In this document: in pieces, positions 38,046 through 49,302 of the stretch
Layout: each line of letters begins with the position of its first letter
Numbering within the stretch: the first letter of the stretch is position 1
Assembly (NCBI GenBank): GCA_976551045.1
Contig: CDPCPM010000011.1
Location: 5,580,001 to 5,644,000, forward strand
DNA length: 64,000 nucleotides
From: Glaucostegus cemiculus
Taxonomy: Eukaryota
Reading direction: 5' to 3'
The notes under the pieces: generated by a model
What the model was told of the DNA's origin: nothing
Databases searched by the model: none
What the model saw: only the letters and a program-made list of their open reading frames with translations
Translations under genes and position numbers: made by a program

Positions 38046-40524
38046 AGGTGAATGGCCTGCCATTCTTTCAAAGTTCTTGTTCCACCTTAGGACTCTCATT
38101 TACTGAAACGTGGGTTTATATCTTTAAATTATTACAAAAAATAAAACAACATCACTGGGCTTAATTCAACCATAATTGTTTCAAAATTCATGCTACAAAT
38201 CACACCACCAGCATGTCTAAATATATGAAAATATGAGGAGACTATCTGTACCTGTAGAGCATTGCTTTCAATTATTTTCTTTATCAAATAACATTCACGA
38301 AAGTGGTGATGCAGAATATTACAGAATGGGTTCACAGTCCAGGAGTCTGATACATCACTTGGTGTATAGACCAAGTGATGTATAAGACTTTGAAGTAAAT
38401 CAAAAACTTGAATTCTATTATTTTTGGTTATGTGAAGGAAGAGATAAAGAGAATAACCACAGGGGTTGGTCTCCATTTAATATGAATGCCTACTGTGTGC
38501 TGTAGTGATCTCAGCCTCTAATACCAAGGACAGATAATGGGACTATTTTACAAGTATTCTGTATAGCTGCCTGCTTCATTCTCACATCTGAAGAGTTGCC
38601 AATGATTTTCTGAGCCTCTGTTCACTAAGGGCATGCTCATCAATGAAGGACACAAGTTATAAGTAGGGCAGCACTTCTCATCAGTGGGAAACTAGTTACT
38701 TCTGCTGTTCTCCCGCTATTAGCAGCCACCATCTTTCAACAGGAAGCCCCACTACTGCATTGAATCAAGTCAGCAACCACCCTCCATGTGGATTACACCT
38801 GAGTTTATACAGAAGAGTGGTCTTTAGTACTAAATATGGCAGGAGGACCACCAGTCCCTCTGGTCCTGAAGTACAAGTACTGCCATGTTACCACGTAGAA
38901 AACTCAGGTACTATTCCTGTCATTGCTAATGTGTGTGCTTTAAGATCGAGCCTGTTTACAACTTCTGCCCCACTGGATTTTACCCTGGCAAGTTCACTCT
39001 GTATATTTATATATTTTTAGCTGTTCTAAGCATCTCTGATAGGGCTTTCTGACAGTCTGAGCTTAAGATCATTGGGAGCTGTGTGACCGCAGACCGTTAG
39101 TGAGATTATGGGGCTGTGTGGGGGCAATTGGGAAAGCAATCCAGCCCATTAATCCATCTACTCATCCCATGAGGAACAACTGCCTATAGTGCTGTTCCCA
39201 TGCCCTATAATTTTGTTACAGTCACTGAATAAACAGTGAGCATGGTGGGAGGACTACGGATTCTGCCAGCAATGAATCATCCATCCCAGATGTCGAATGC
39301 CAATGCAGCATAATAGATTTACTTGCACTAATTGTTTATTCCTGGATGTGATGTAAGAGGCATTGTCCTCTGAAGTGATGAGCAGCAGGTCATTTTTGGC
39401 CAGAGGCCATCCCCTAGCAACTACCTTCTTCCCTTGTTGCAAATCCACCTCACATCTTGCTTCCAGATCTCACATTAAAGACTGAGTTGAATCTGCTGGC
39501 ATGTGTCGAGGCTTTACCAACTCTAAGCTGGTGCCAAACATGTCACCAGAGGTTCATGGCCATGAAAATCACCACCAATCTACACAAGCAATAATGCAGA
39601 AAGCAGGAAGTGGCACACACACACAGATGTGTGAAGACAATTGGCATCACCCTTCCAGGAAGAGCTATCGACAATTTTGTCATTACAGCTGTAAGTCTTG
39701 TGAATTTGAAATGAGATGACAGCATCAATTGAAAAACCAAACTCTTCCACAATAGTAACTAGGAATGTCCATTATGTACTCATATTTCTGAGAGTCAGAC
39801 ATTCAATTCATTATCACGGCATGCTGGAGTCTGAAAGAATTATGACGATAATTTCTGGAAAAGCCAGTAACACACACAACCTTACTGAAACAAATTGGTC
39901 AGCACTGGTGCACATAGACTTTCAAATCTATTTCAGTACCTATGAAATAAATTCTTTTGAAACCTTTCAATGGATGACTCAGGAGCTAGATCACTACATG
40001 TAGCACATTTTCATAAAGTCTGCTCTTGTTGCCTACACTAATGAACATATGATTACAGATCCCCGCCTTCACCTCTCACACTGACAACTTAATATTCAGG
40101 AATATTTTATTTGGCTATATGTAACAAAGTGAACATACAAATAACCTCATATTTTTCTTTTCTTTGGTTTATATCTGCCTCCAATGAGTTTAATACATTG
40201 TAATGGCTTTCATAAATGCAAATGTAAAAAGTTTGAGTATGATATGTTCTTTCATTTGTTCCTTTCCACATTTCTGAATTCGTGTACTATTAGGATACAA
40301 TAAAAACGTGAATCCTCTTCACAGCAACGATAATACAGTTCTGCAGCCAGATATTGAACTGACTCTACAGCACAGCAATAAGACTCCACCTTAGGAAAGT
40401 GGTCCCACTCCACTTGGGTTTGGCACTGCACACCAAACCAGAGCTGTGTTCTGTTTCATTAAAAAGATGCTGAGGTGCTTAGAGAAAATATTGGTCTTAA
40501 GACTAACTTGTTATTTTATTTTTC

Positions 40525-41197
40525 CCAGTTCTGACAAAGGAACATAGATCTGAAACATTAACTCTGCCTCTCTTTCCAAAGATGCTTCCTGACCTGCAGC
40601 AGGAAGCATCTTTGGATCATTTCCATCATAATCATTTCCAGCATTTTCTGTTTTTATTTCAGATTTCCAGTAATATTTTTTGATTTTCATGCCTAGATGC
40701 TCCACTGGACAATCTGGACATTTTAATTGAAGCAATACTATTATTATTGCTTTGTGAGCATAAACACTCATGCTTGTAACATTAGGTATTTACTATTGTA
40801 GATGCTGGAAATGTGAAATGAAGAAATGAAAATGCTGGAAAATCCCAGTGCATGAAGCTCATCATAATCTCAAGGAACAGAATTTATCTTTTCACTTTAA
40901 GGAAGGTGGCCTTCTGGATTCGATGACTTTACCAATTTTAGAAAATTATTGTATCATTTCTATTTACACCTTCTCCAGAGCCACCTTTTCTTCCTTTATT
41001 GGTTCATCACCATCCTCTTTTGTCCTTTACTATCATCCAATTTGTACCTAATCTCTCCTGTCACAGACCTTCCCTCATGTTCTTTTCTTCTCATCTCTCA
41101 TTCTGCTTCTTAAAACTTGTTTATTGGTTCTGAGTTGACCCAAAACTTTAACCCCCTTTCACCCTCCTCAGATGCTGCTTGGTCTCTTGAGAATCTC
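40525..41197 (+). mobile_element. Penelope-like element fragments (terminal repeats plus GIY-YIG C-terminus)
   Basis: 40531-40670 is a terminal arm (CTGAAACATTAACTCTG...GATGCTTCCTGACCTGC...TTTCCAGCATTTTCTGTTTTTATTTCAGATTTCCAG). An inverted arm lies at about 40800. The peptide EAHHNLKEQNLSFHF resembles the Penelope EAQRKLEEQHLIFRL. A pyrimidine-rich stretch and a second arm run to 41197. Confidence 0.8.
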
Positions 41198-42159
41198 CAT
41201 CATTTTCTCTTTTATTTTATACTAAAATGTTATGGTTGAGAACTCTACTCTGTACATATGGTATTAGATGTATGTAGCTGCTATTAGCAGTATAATTTAG
41301 CACTGGTACCTGGGAATTGTTTGATTCAAGCAGGCAGGGAAATACTTAATGCACACTTCATTCTACAACACAAAACTGCAAAAAGATATTTGAGCACATC
41401 TTAAAATTCAGAAATGCAGCGCCAAATTCAGAACAGTTGCCCTAAGATTTAGAAACTGCTGCAGAAAACATTCATGATCTGTTAAGTTGTAGCAGGCCAA
41501 AGTTAACAATTTTTATCATTGTGAACTTAACCACAGGAATAAGGTGCAAAATTGAAGATCTCTTTTGTTTTGTGAAGTGCTTTCACTTCTTACTATATTC
41601 GCAGAAATGAAGTATAAATCTTGAAATTGATGTAGATGGGACGTGGGTGCACACACAAGGACCCTGACCGCACTTTTAGCCCTAAGTTTGATTTTCATTG
41701 TTCTCATGCCAGCAAAATATGATTCACACTGTTGGCACCAGCTCAGATCAGTTTAAGAGAGAACTCAGAGACCTGGGCCCAAACAGCCCTTTAAATCAAT
41801 AGAAACCATAATGATAATGCAGGAGCTCAATAAGCAGTACTCTGCACATTCTAGTGTGGATGCTACACCCTCTCCTCCCCATAGGCAATATAAATACAGA
41901 TTTCTAATTTATACTGACTCGTATCTAATAATGGAAATGCTATCAGGTGTATATGTCCTGCGGACAAATTTTTTTGGTCATTAAACAGTACCCCAGTTTA
42001 TGTACATTGATAAAGCTCTGCAGGCAAACTACATTTGCATTTCTACTGGAAGACCATGGGGAAAAGCAAGGAAAGAGACTCAGAGAAAAGGTGTTAAATA
42101 TCTTCAAGGCATAGGGAAGTAAATAAATGATAGTGGAAGAGGGAAAACAGAAGGATGAT

Positions 42160-42435
42160 ACTCCCTTCCCCAATGCAGCTGAAACTCTTATCTGTCACCT
42201 CCAGACAGTTACTCTAAAGTCCTGTTTGCTAGACTTCCAGATTCTGCTCCTTGCACATAGAATTCTCTGAGTCTCCTGCTCACCTTCCTCCTGCACCATA
42301 TTCTACTCCCCTATCACTCCTGTTCTCAAGAACACTCAGTTTCCAAACCTCCACTACAGCGAGTCCCAGACTGTAATCCTCAGCTGTACTTATCCACAGT
42401 CTCACCTCTTCCCACTCAACCCCTCTTAAACTTAC
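42160..42435 (+). mobile_element. L2 LINE fragment, decayed
   Basis: GCAGCTGAAACTCTTATCTGTCACCTCCAGAC...CCTATCACTCCTGTTCTC corresponds to L2 AETLIHAFVTSRLDY...PITPVL. Confidence 0.7.
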
Positions 42436-44267
42436 ATTCCTTCAATGTGAACTTAAAAGTTATTAAAACTGGGTGGTTTTAACCCAGTCTGTCACCCTAA
42501 CAGTGAAGATAAAAATTTTCCCTTTGTGCTTAAGATCCAATGACACTACCTACATACTCCACTTCAGAAAATTACCTATTTTCACAGATGAAAACTAACC
42601 TTAGAAATCACAAATAGTTTATTTCTTTTGACCTAAAGATTAAAGCATTTTCCAATCAGTGACGTGTGGTCATTAAAATAATTAAACTTGATTTTTATAA
42701 AAGACCACATCAGTGAAGTTGAGCAATGAGAGTGAAGATCTACTTGTCTATATTATATGGAGACCTGTCATATGGCAGTCTCTAAGATGGATGTCACCAT
42801 TCCACTGAGGAGCTACAGCAAGCACACATGCAGTTGGTTCAGTGACTTTGAGGTTACATTCCTGGGGTAAATCACAGTTTATTCTAATTTTATTTAGCCA
42901 GTAAGAAAGTATATATAAAGCAAGGTATACAGAGAGCTGAACCAGTGTGAAACCATCAATTATTTGGTGCTCCAATGAAAATAGGTTGCATTACCTCCAT
43001 CCTTGCATGCCTTCTGTCGTCATCCAAGTTGCCAGATGGCCCAATTTTTTGAGGCTACTGCCATTGAGCTGGGAATCAAGCCTAAAATGCAGTTTTCTTT
43101 TAGTGCTGCAACACAATAAAATTGAGCTTCAGAACTGAAGAGTGAGACTGGGAGAGCTGAGCCTGTCTCAGCAGTCAGTATGCAAACGGTGTTATTCCTG
43201 AATGATTTATCGATAGCTGCTGGAGGATTACAGGGATTTTGCTGCCTCAACTGCCTCCCTGATGAACAAATCAAAGTGTTTGAGTCCAGTGATGCAGAAA
43301 GTAAACAGTAGCCACTTGTTTTCTCTCATGAAATCCCTCAGGCTGAGACCCTGCAAAGCTGAGTGAATCTTGCATTTTCACAGTTAAAAACCAAGAGCTA
43401 GATTTGAGAGATGGGAAAGAAATGGGCGAGCAGGGCCAAAATGAAAAATCAGTTCTGCAAGCTAGCTTGTTCCAAACAAATGCAAAAATCTGTCATAACA
43501 ATTTATTTATTGCCTTTTGACAGCTGAAGGGGCAACAGCACCTTCAGGCTGTTCAGGTGCCCTCTCATTAAAAGCATGGCAAGACAATAAAGCATTAAGT
43601 GATTTGTTCATTGTAAATCACTGAATAAATCTGTCAAACCAAGACTACAATTGGGTCAGGAAATAAAGTGGAAGTGATGCACACATCGCAGGACTGATAG
43701 CTCAACTTTTCACAAAGCATTTGTTTCCAGGTCCAGAACTACTTCACACCACTGACAACTTCTTTGTCTTGCCATTTTTTCTACGCAGCTGTCATTCCAG
43801 TTGATTCACAGTCATTTTCCATTCAGTGTGGACAGATTGCTTGAACCAAGGTTTGTTGCAAAACTATGTTTGGGTGCCCTCATTTTAATGAGGGGATTAT
43901 TTTCCATAACATTTCTCACATTTCCCTGTTTTACAGCCAGACCACAACTGTTAGGAAGTGTGCACAGGGCTGGGAAGGATTAATATCTCCTATTTCTTTA
44001 CTCCACTATGCAGAGGTTCCAGACCTTTGCTGTGCATATGAAAACAAGAACAAACTAAAGTTGGCAAATTGGTCACATGGGAGATGAAATCTCTGCTTCA
44101 CCACTGCTATGAAGTGAGTGAATGCTTGTATTTAAAATATTATACAGTGCCTTGGAAGGTACACCTGTAAGTGCCAGTGATAAACAGCAATACAGAAAAT
44201 GTACACTGGATAATTCCCCCCTGTTCACACCTAGCCAACCTACTAGGTGCTGGCTATGAATTTGCTT

Positions 44268-44497
44268 TCAGAAATTAAACAGAAGATCCTGGAAACACTA
44301 ATACAGGTCAGGCAGCATCCAAAGAGAGAGCGAGAGTGAGAGAGTTAAAGTTCCAGGCCTTTTAGAGTTCTGATGTAAAGTCATTGACCAGTAATGTTAA
44401 CTGATTCCCCCTCCATAGACGCTGCCTAACATTCTAAGTATTTCCATATCTTTCTAGTTATATTGTGTAGTTCCAAAATCTACAGTGTTTTGCATTT
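44268..44497. mobile_element. Palindromic Penelope-like terminal element
   Basis: CAGGTCAGGCAGCATCC...GAGTTAAAGTTCCAGG mirrors GACCAGTAATGTTAAC...CCATAGACGCTGCCTAAC. Confidence 0.78.
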
Positions 44498-44602
44498 ATA
44501 ATTTGCTGTCATAGATTAGCATAAACTGATTACATTCTATATAATATTGTTGGCTGTAAAACCACTGTTTCAAATTATTTTGTTGTGACCTATTCTCATA
44601 TA

Positions 44603-45013
44603 GTTCCAATGCACAGGATCGCAAGGAGCTACAGAGGAGCTGTAGACTCTGCCAGCCCCATCACAGGCATAACCCTCCCGACCATCCAGAGTATCTTCAA
44701 GAGGTGGTGCCTTAGTAAGGTGACATCCATCACTAAGGACCCTCACCACCCAGGATATGCCCTCTTCTCATTACTACCATCGGGGAGGAGGTACAGGAGC
44801 CTGAAGACCCACATGCAATGATTCAGGAGCAGCTTTTTCCCTTCTGCCATCAGATTTCTGAACAGTCCATGAACCCATGAACACTACCTCATTGTTCCTT
44901 TTTTTGCACTATTTATTTTCTAATTTATAATTTTTTGTCTTTGCACTTTACTGCTGTCACAAAACAACAAATTTCATGTCATATAAGACAGTGATAACAA
45001 ATCTGATCCTGAT
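44603..45013 (+). mobile_element. Rex1/Babar LINE 3' fragment
   Basis: Translates as VDSASPITGITLPTIQSIFKRWCLSKVTSITKDPHHPGYALFSLLPSGRRYRSLKTH. The tail is GTGATAACAAATCTGATCCTGAT. Confidence 0.93.
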
Positions 45014-45257
45014 AGTTCTGGCTATGTCAGAAATGCATATTGACAAAGTAAGAGGAATTGATAACATTGGGCTAACAACATTCTTTTCCCACACAACAGC
45101 CATAATAGTAATTATTTTAAAGTACTCAGGTACCAATGGCAGAATTGAAAGAATGGGTAACACTATTATCTAACCAGCAAGTGAGCTTGTTCTGCTTGGA
45201 TGGAGCATGTGGAAAATTGGATTTTCAAAAGATGGAGAAACTTATGCCAAGATGTTG

Positions 45258-45261
<4 letters not shown>

Positions 45262-45311
<50 letters not shown>
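45262..45311. repeat. Compound microsatellite, about (CT)14-15 then (TA)10
   Basis: Directly visible in the sequence. Confidence 0.98.
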
Positions 45312-46884
45312 GCAACATTTTACACTTATGGTGCAAGGAATATTATTTACATAAACTGAGCAATCATGAATTAATATGAAAACAAACACAGGGCTGGAAT
45401 ATACAATTCCACTAAATATGCATGCATTGCTCCTTCCAACAAATGTGCTTTTCAGAATATTTCAATATTAAATATCCAGTTAAGTTCACTTGAAAAACAC
45501 TGCAGCCTTCTTGGCTTCACTACTCTTCCCATAAAAGGAATAAGATCTACTCAACCTACATAATTATATAGAATTATGTGGACTAGTCATATTTAAATTG
45601 AATTTACTTAACATACATTACATTTCATGTCAAATCTAATAGAAACTGTCTGTCGTAGAGATTCAGAAAAGAGCTGTGGTAGTGAAACCATCTTTGTGTT
45701 CATTGTTCACAATCAGCCACCAAAAGCTTCAAATGTCACTCAGTATGGAACATTGCAAGACCCTCAGAGAATCACAATCACCACTAAAGCACTGTGTTAC
45801 ATTCACTGAAACTCCAGTGCTTTGCAATGGGTTGTGTAAGCAACAACTGGGCCTTTAAAACAATAGGGGCCATTTAACTACATAGTGGAATTGCCAAACA
45901 TGTCACACCTTGCTCAAGCAACATGGCAAGATCTTTGATATAGTACATAGACAGTGTAAGAGGAACCTTTGTAGGATTTATTCTATTCAGATTTTTGTAG
46001 AAAGTCTGACAAATTCTCTGAGTTTCCAGTGTGTAAACTTCATACACACTATTGTCCATATGTACTTTTGGAGTTCAGCCCACACAAGTCTCAAAAACAG
46101 GAGGCCTTTTAAATCTCGTGATCAACCATCTTTCCTCCAACTTAGATTCTCAAAGGTTTAATTTCAGTTGATTTGACTTTTATCAGATTTTAAACTTTGT
46201 CACAGGGAAAATGTTGCCTTCAACTGGCTTTGAGGCACATCCAGCAGAGTTTAATTGTGGAGCTGCTGCATATGCTTACGTCTTACTTGATTTAGAGACT
46301 GTGTGTCCTAGGTAAAAGAGATAAAGGACTGAAGAAGAAGGAATCCAGTAGGAGAGGGCAGTGGACCATGAATTAAAGGGAAGAAGGTGGGGAATAGATG
46401 GGTGGTCACTCTTCCTGTATATCTGCATTACCTGCTGAAGGGGAGGTGGTTCATCTGTTATGACATTGGTTACTGACAGCTTATCCAATAGTGCAGAAGA
46501 AATCAGATGTTACTGCAGCAGTTAAAAGGAGCACTCTCGTGCCTTGTAGCTTTAATGTCCAGAACACTGCATTATTCGGAGATGATGGCAGTGGAAGTGC
46601 AGCACTGGTGAGAGCACTGGAGGACCGTAGGCAACCTGCTTGAAAGCAATAACTGGAAGTGTGGAACAATGTGTGTGTGATCAGCCTTAACAGAAGGCAT
46701 GATGAAAGATGTCGAATGACCCCAGCAAAATAAGACAACACACTTGCATTACTTCATCCAGAATACTTTGAAGTCCCTCCCTCTCACACCACCTCCTGCT
46801 TGATGTGTCCCTTCGCTCATATTCTTGGTGATATTTTCAGCTGCCTGACGCACGCACCTGACGTTGGCTTACGTGCCAGTGTAC

Positions 46885-47555
46885 CAATCAAAACATGGAT
46901 AAAGTCTGGCCATTTACCTGTTTCTGCTAACCGTATGAGTGCTTTTGTTACATTAATGTCCAAATGAGCCATTCTGCTCAAATGGAAGGATCCAATACCC
47001 CCCACTACCTTTCAATGGTTCTCTCAAACTATATCATGTCTTAATTTGGAAAAAATTAGTAGTACTGTTGACTCTTCACTTAAATTTGAAGATATTTGGA
47101 GTCCATTTATTCAATACGTTCACATGATGTAGTTTCCCCTTTTATAAGTTTTTTTAATTCAGAGGAACGGAGCTGACGACATAATATTGCTCTGTTTCTA
47201 TTGAGAAATTTTAGCCCAGTTTTTTTTTTCTTGTTTTGTTTTTTTCCTTTCAAAATTTTCTGTTCAATTTACATTGTATTGTTATAATTTTTTTTTATTG
47301 ATTTAGGTTTTTTTTTCCTGTTTTTTCTAATTTATATAATAAATCTTTTTCTTTCTTATCTTTTACACTATACTTATCAACCAAGAGATTGTTGGAACTA
47401 TTTATTTTATACATATTTTACTTTATTGCATTTTTTAATGATTACCTATGATCGTTACCCAATCTCTCTGTGATACATGTGTAAACACTGATGTTATATA
47501 TATTAACCTGTATTGATTTGTTACCAATAAAAAGATTGAAAAAGAAAGAAAGAAA
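46885..47555 (+). mobile_element. 5'-truncated L1 LINE (ORF2 C-terminus, T-rich 3' UTR, A-rich tail)
   Basis: Translates as AFVTLMSK*AILLKWKDPIPPTTFQWFSQTISCLNLEKI...KFEDIWSPFIQYVHMM*. A T-rich UTR follows, then AATAAA and AAGATTGAAAAAGAAAGAAAGAAA. Confidence 0.9.
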
Positions 47556-48837
47556 CAATTGTGGTGTCTCTGCTCATAACAAATGACAAAGATGCTCCAA
47601 AGAAGGGGAAACTTGCTCAACTTTCACATCAGTCCCCTGAAAGGAAGCCACCCTGCAGATCCAGGATTGAGAGGGGACGGACAGGGCAATCTAGGATAAC
47701 TAGCCCCAGCCAGGCACTCTCGTTTCTGCCCAAATAACAAACAGCCAAAGTAACAGATAACATTACCTTCAAATAGTGTGGGGTAATGGCTCACAGACAA
47801 TAGGAACAAACAGGGAATGAAAACCTAGGCATTTGCATATGGCACAATTTGAATGTAAAAATTTGCTTACACTATTATTTGCACAGAGATTTTAAAAGTG
47901 GCAGGAATGGGAGATTTATGATTTGGCTCTACGCTACATGAGGGTATATTTGCAGCAAGACGTAGAGAGGGGCATTGCAGAGTTAAGAGGTCTTCTGTAC
48001 CAGAGCTTGGTTTCTGGCGCCAGGTTCTGTTCCACAGATTCATCAGAGTGCTCTGGCTCTAGCTGGTGGGACTATTCCTCCTTCCTGCTTTCTATGCTAA
48101 TCTTTCCCATTTGCTGGGTCAACATACAGATATACAGATGGGTTATCACCACAGTCTGTGGTCAGATTGCATTGCAGGACTCCTCCAGATTTGTCCAGAG
48201 TCCCAAATTATGGTGTCACCATTGTGGCTTGGTGAAATGATGTTCTGTTTGTGGATTTTCATAGAATGAATTACTTGGCAAGTGAGTATTGACTAGGTTA
48301 ATCCAGTGAAAGGAGCTGAACATTCAATAGAAGAATTTCTTTCTGATTCCTGTAAGCTGTGGTGTTGGGCACTGCAGTTTACAAGACTACCTATCCATGA
48401 TGTTGTCCTTCATGTAACATGGATTAAACAACTGAATGTACTGAAATAACACCTTGACTGGACAGGACACATAGGTTGAGGCTACTGTGGCCTTCATATT
48501 GCAAAGCAATATTGTACCAGTGGATGTGTTTGGGTACAGCACATAACATAATTTAGTTATAGTTACATTGTTGAATGAATAAAAAATTGTGTCTGACTTA
48601 GGGACAAGATGCACAAAATGGAGGAAAAGTAATATTTATTTATATATACTAAATGGTGGTAATTTGTAGAATTTGTTTCTAGTAGAAAAAACAGCTTAAA
48701 CTATATAAACTCCTTTTAAATCATGTCTGTGGAATATTTTACCAGAGGAATTATTTCTTTTTTTTCAATGTATGTTCCTTTGTGAATTGCAGGTCACTGT
48801 TTCAATGCAGGAACATGACCATTCAAATCAAAATGAT

Positions 48838-48975
48838 TAATTCACAGGATGTGGCGGGCTTTGGCAGTGCTTGCATTTACTGTCCATCTCTAACTGGCCC
48901 TGAAATCCGAAGCTAGTTAGGAGAACACCACACTGAAGAGACTGGAGTCCCTCACGGGAAGACTGGAGAGGGTCA
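48838..48975 (-). repeat. Decayed repeat with a CR1-type 3' end (reverse)
   Basis: TTCACAGGATGTGG...GCATTTACTGTCCATCTCTAACTGGCCCTGA shares its terminus with the 15895 element. Confidence 0.5.
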
Positions 48976-49169
48976 GAAGGAAATAGTGCACCACACTCCA
49001 GTAGTTATAAGTCATGTCACTAGATCAATGGTTGGGACATCTGGCTGCTGGTCTAATAACTTAACCACCATAATACACAGATGGCAAGTCACAAGAGTAA
49101 CTGAGAGGGAGACTAGAGACTGTTGGAGCAGCTGTGAGGAAAGCTGGAGACCCAGGGAACAACCCTTAT

Positions 49170-49302
49170 CCTTTGGATAAGTAAATGGATAGCAGGTGTT
49201 TAGAGGGATATGGGCCAAATGCGGGCAAAGGGGACTAGCTTGGTGGGCATGGGTGAGTTGGCCTGAGGAGTCTGTTTCCATGCTGTATTACTTGATGACT
49301 CA
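49170..49302 (+). mobile_element. CR1 3' end
   Basis: TTTGGATAAGTAAATGGATAG...GAGGGATATGGGCCAAATGCGGGC...CTGTTTCCATGCTGTATTACTTGATGACTC. Same subfamily as 8748-8903. Confidence 0.88.
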
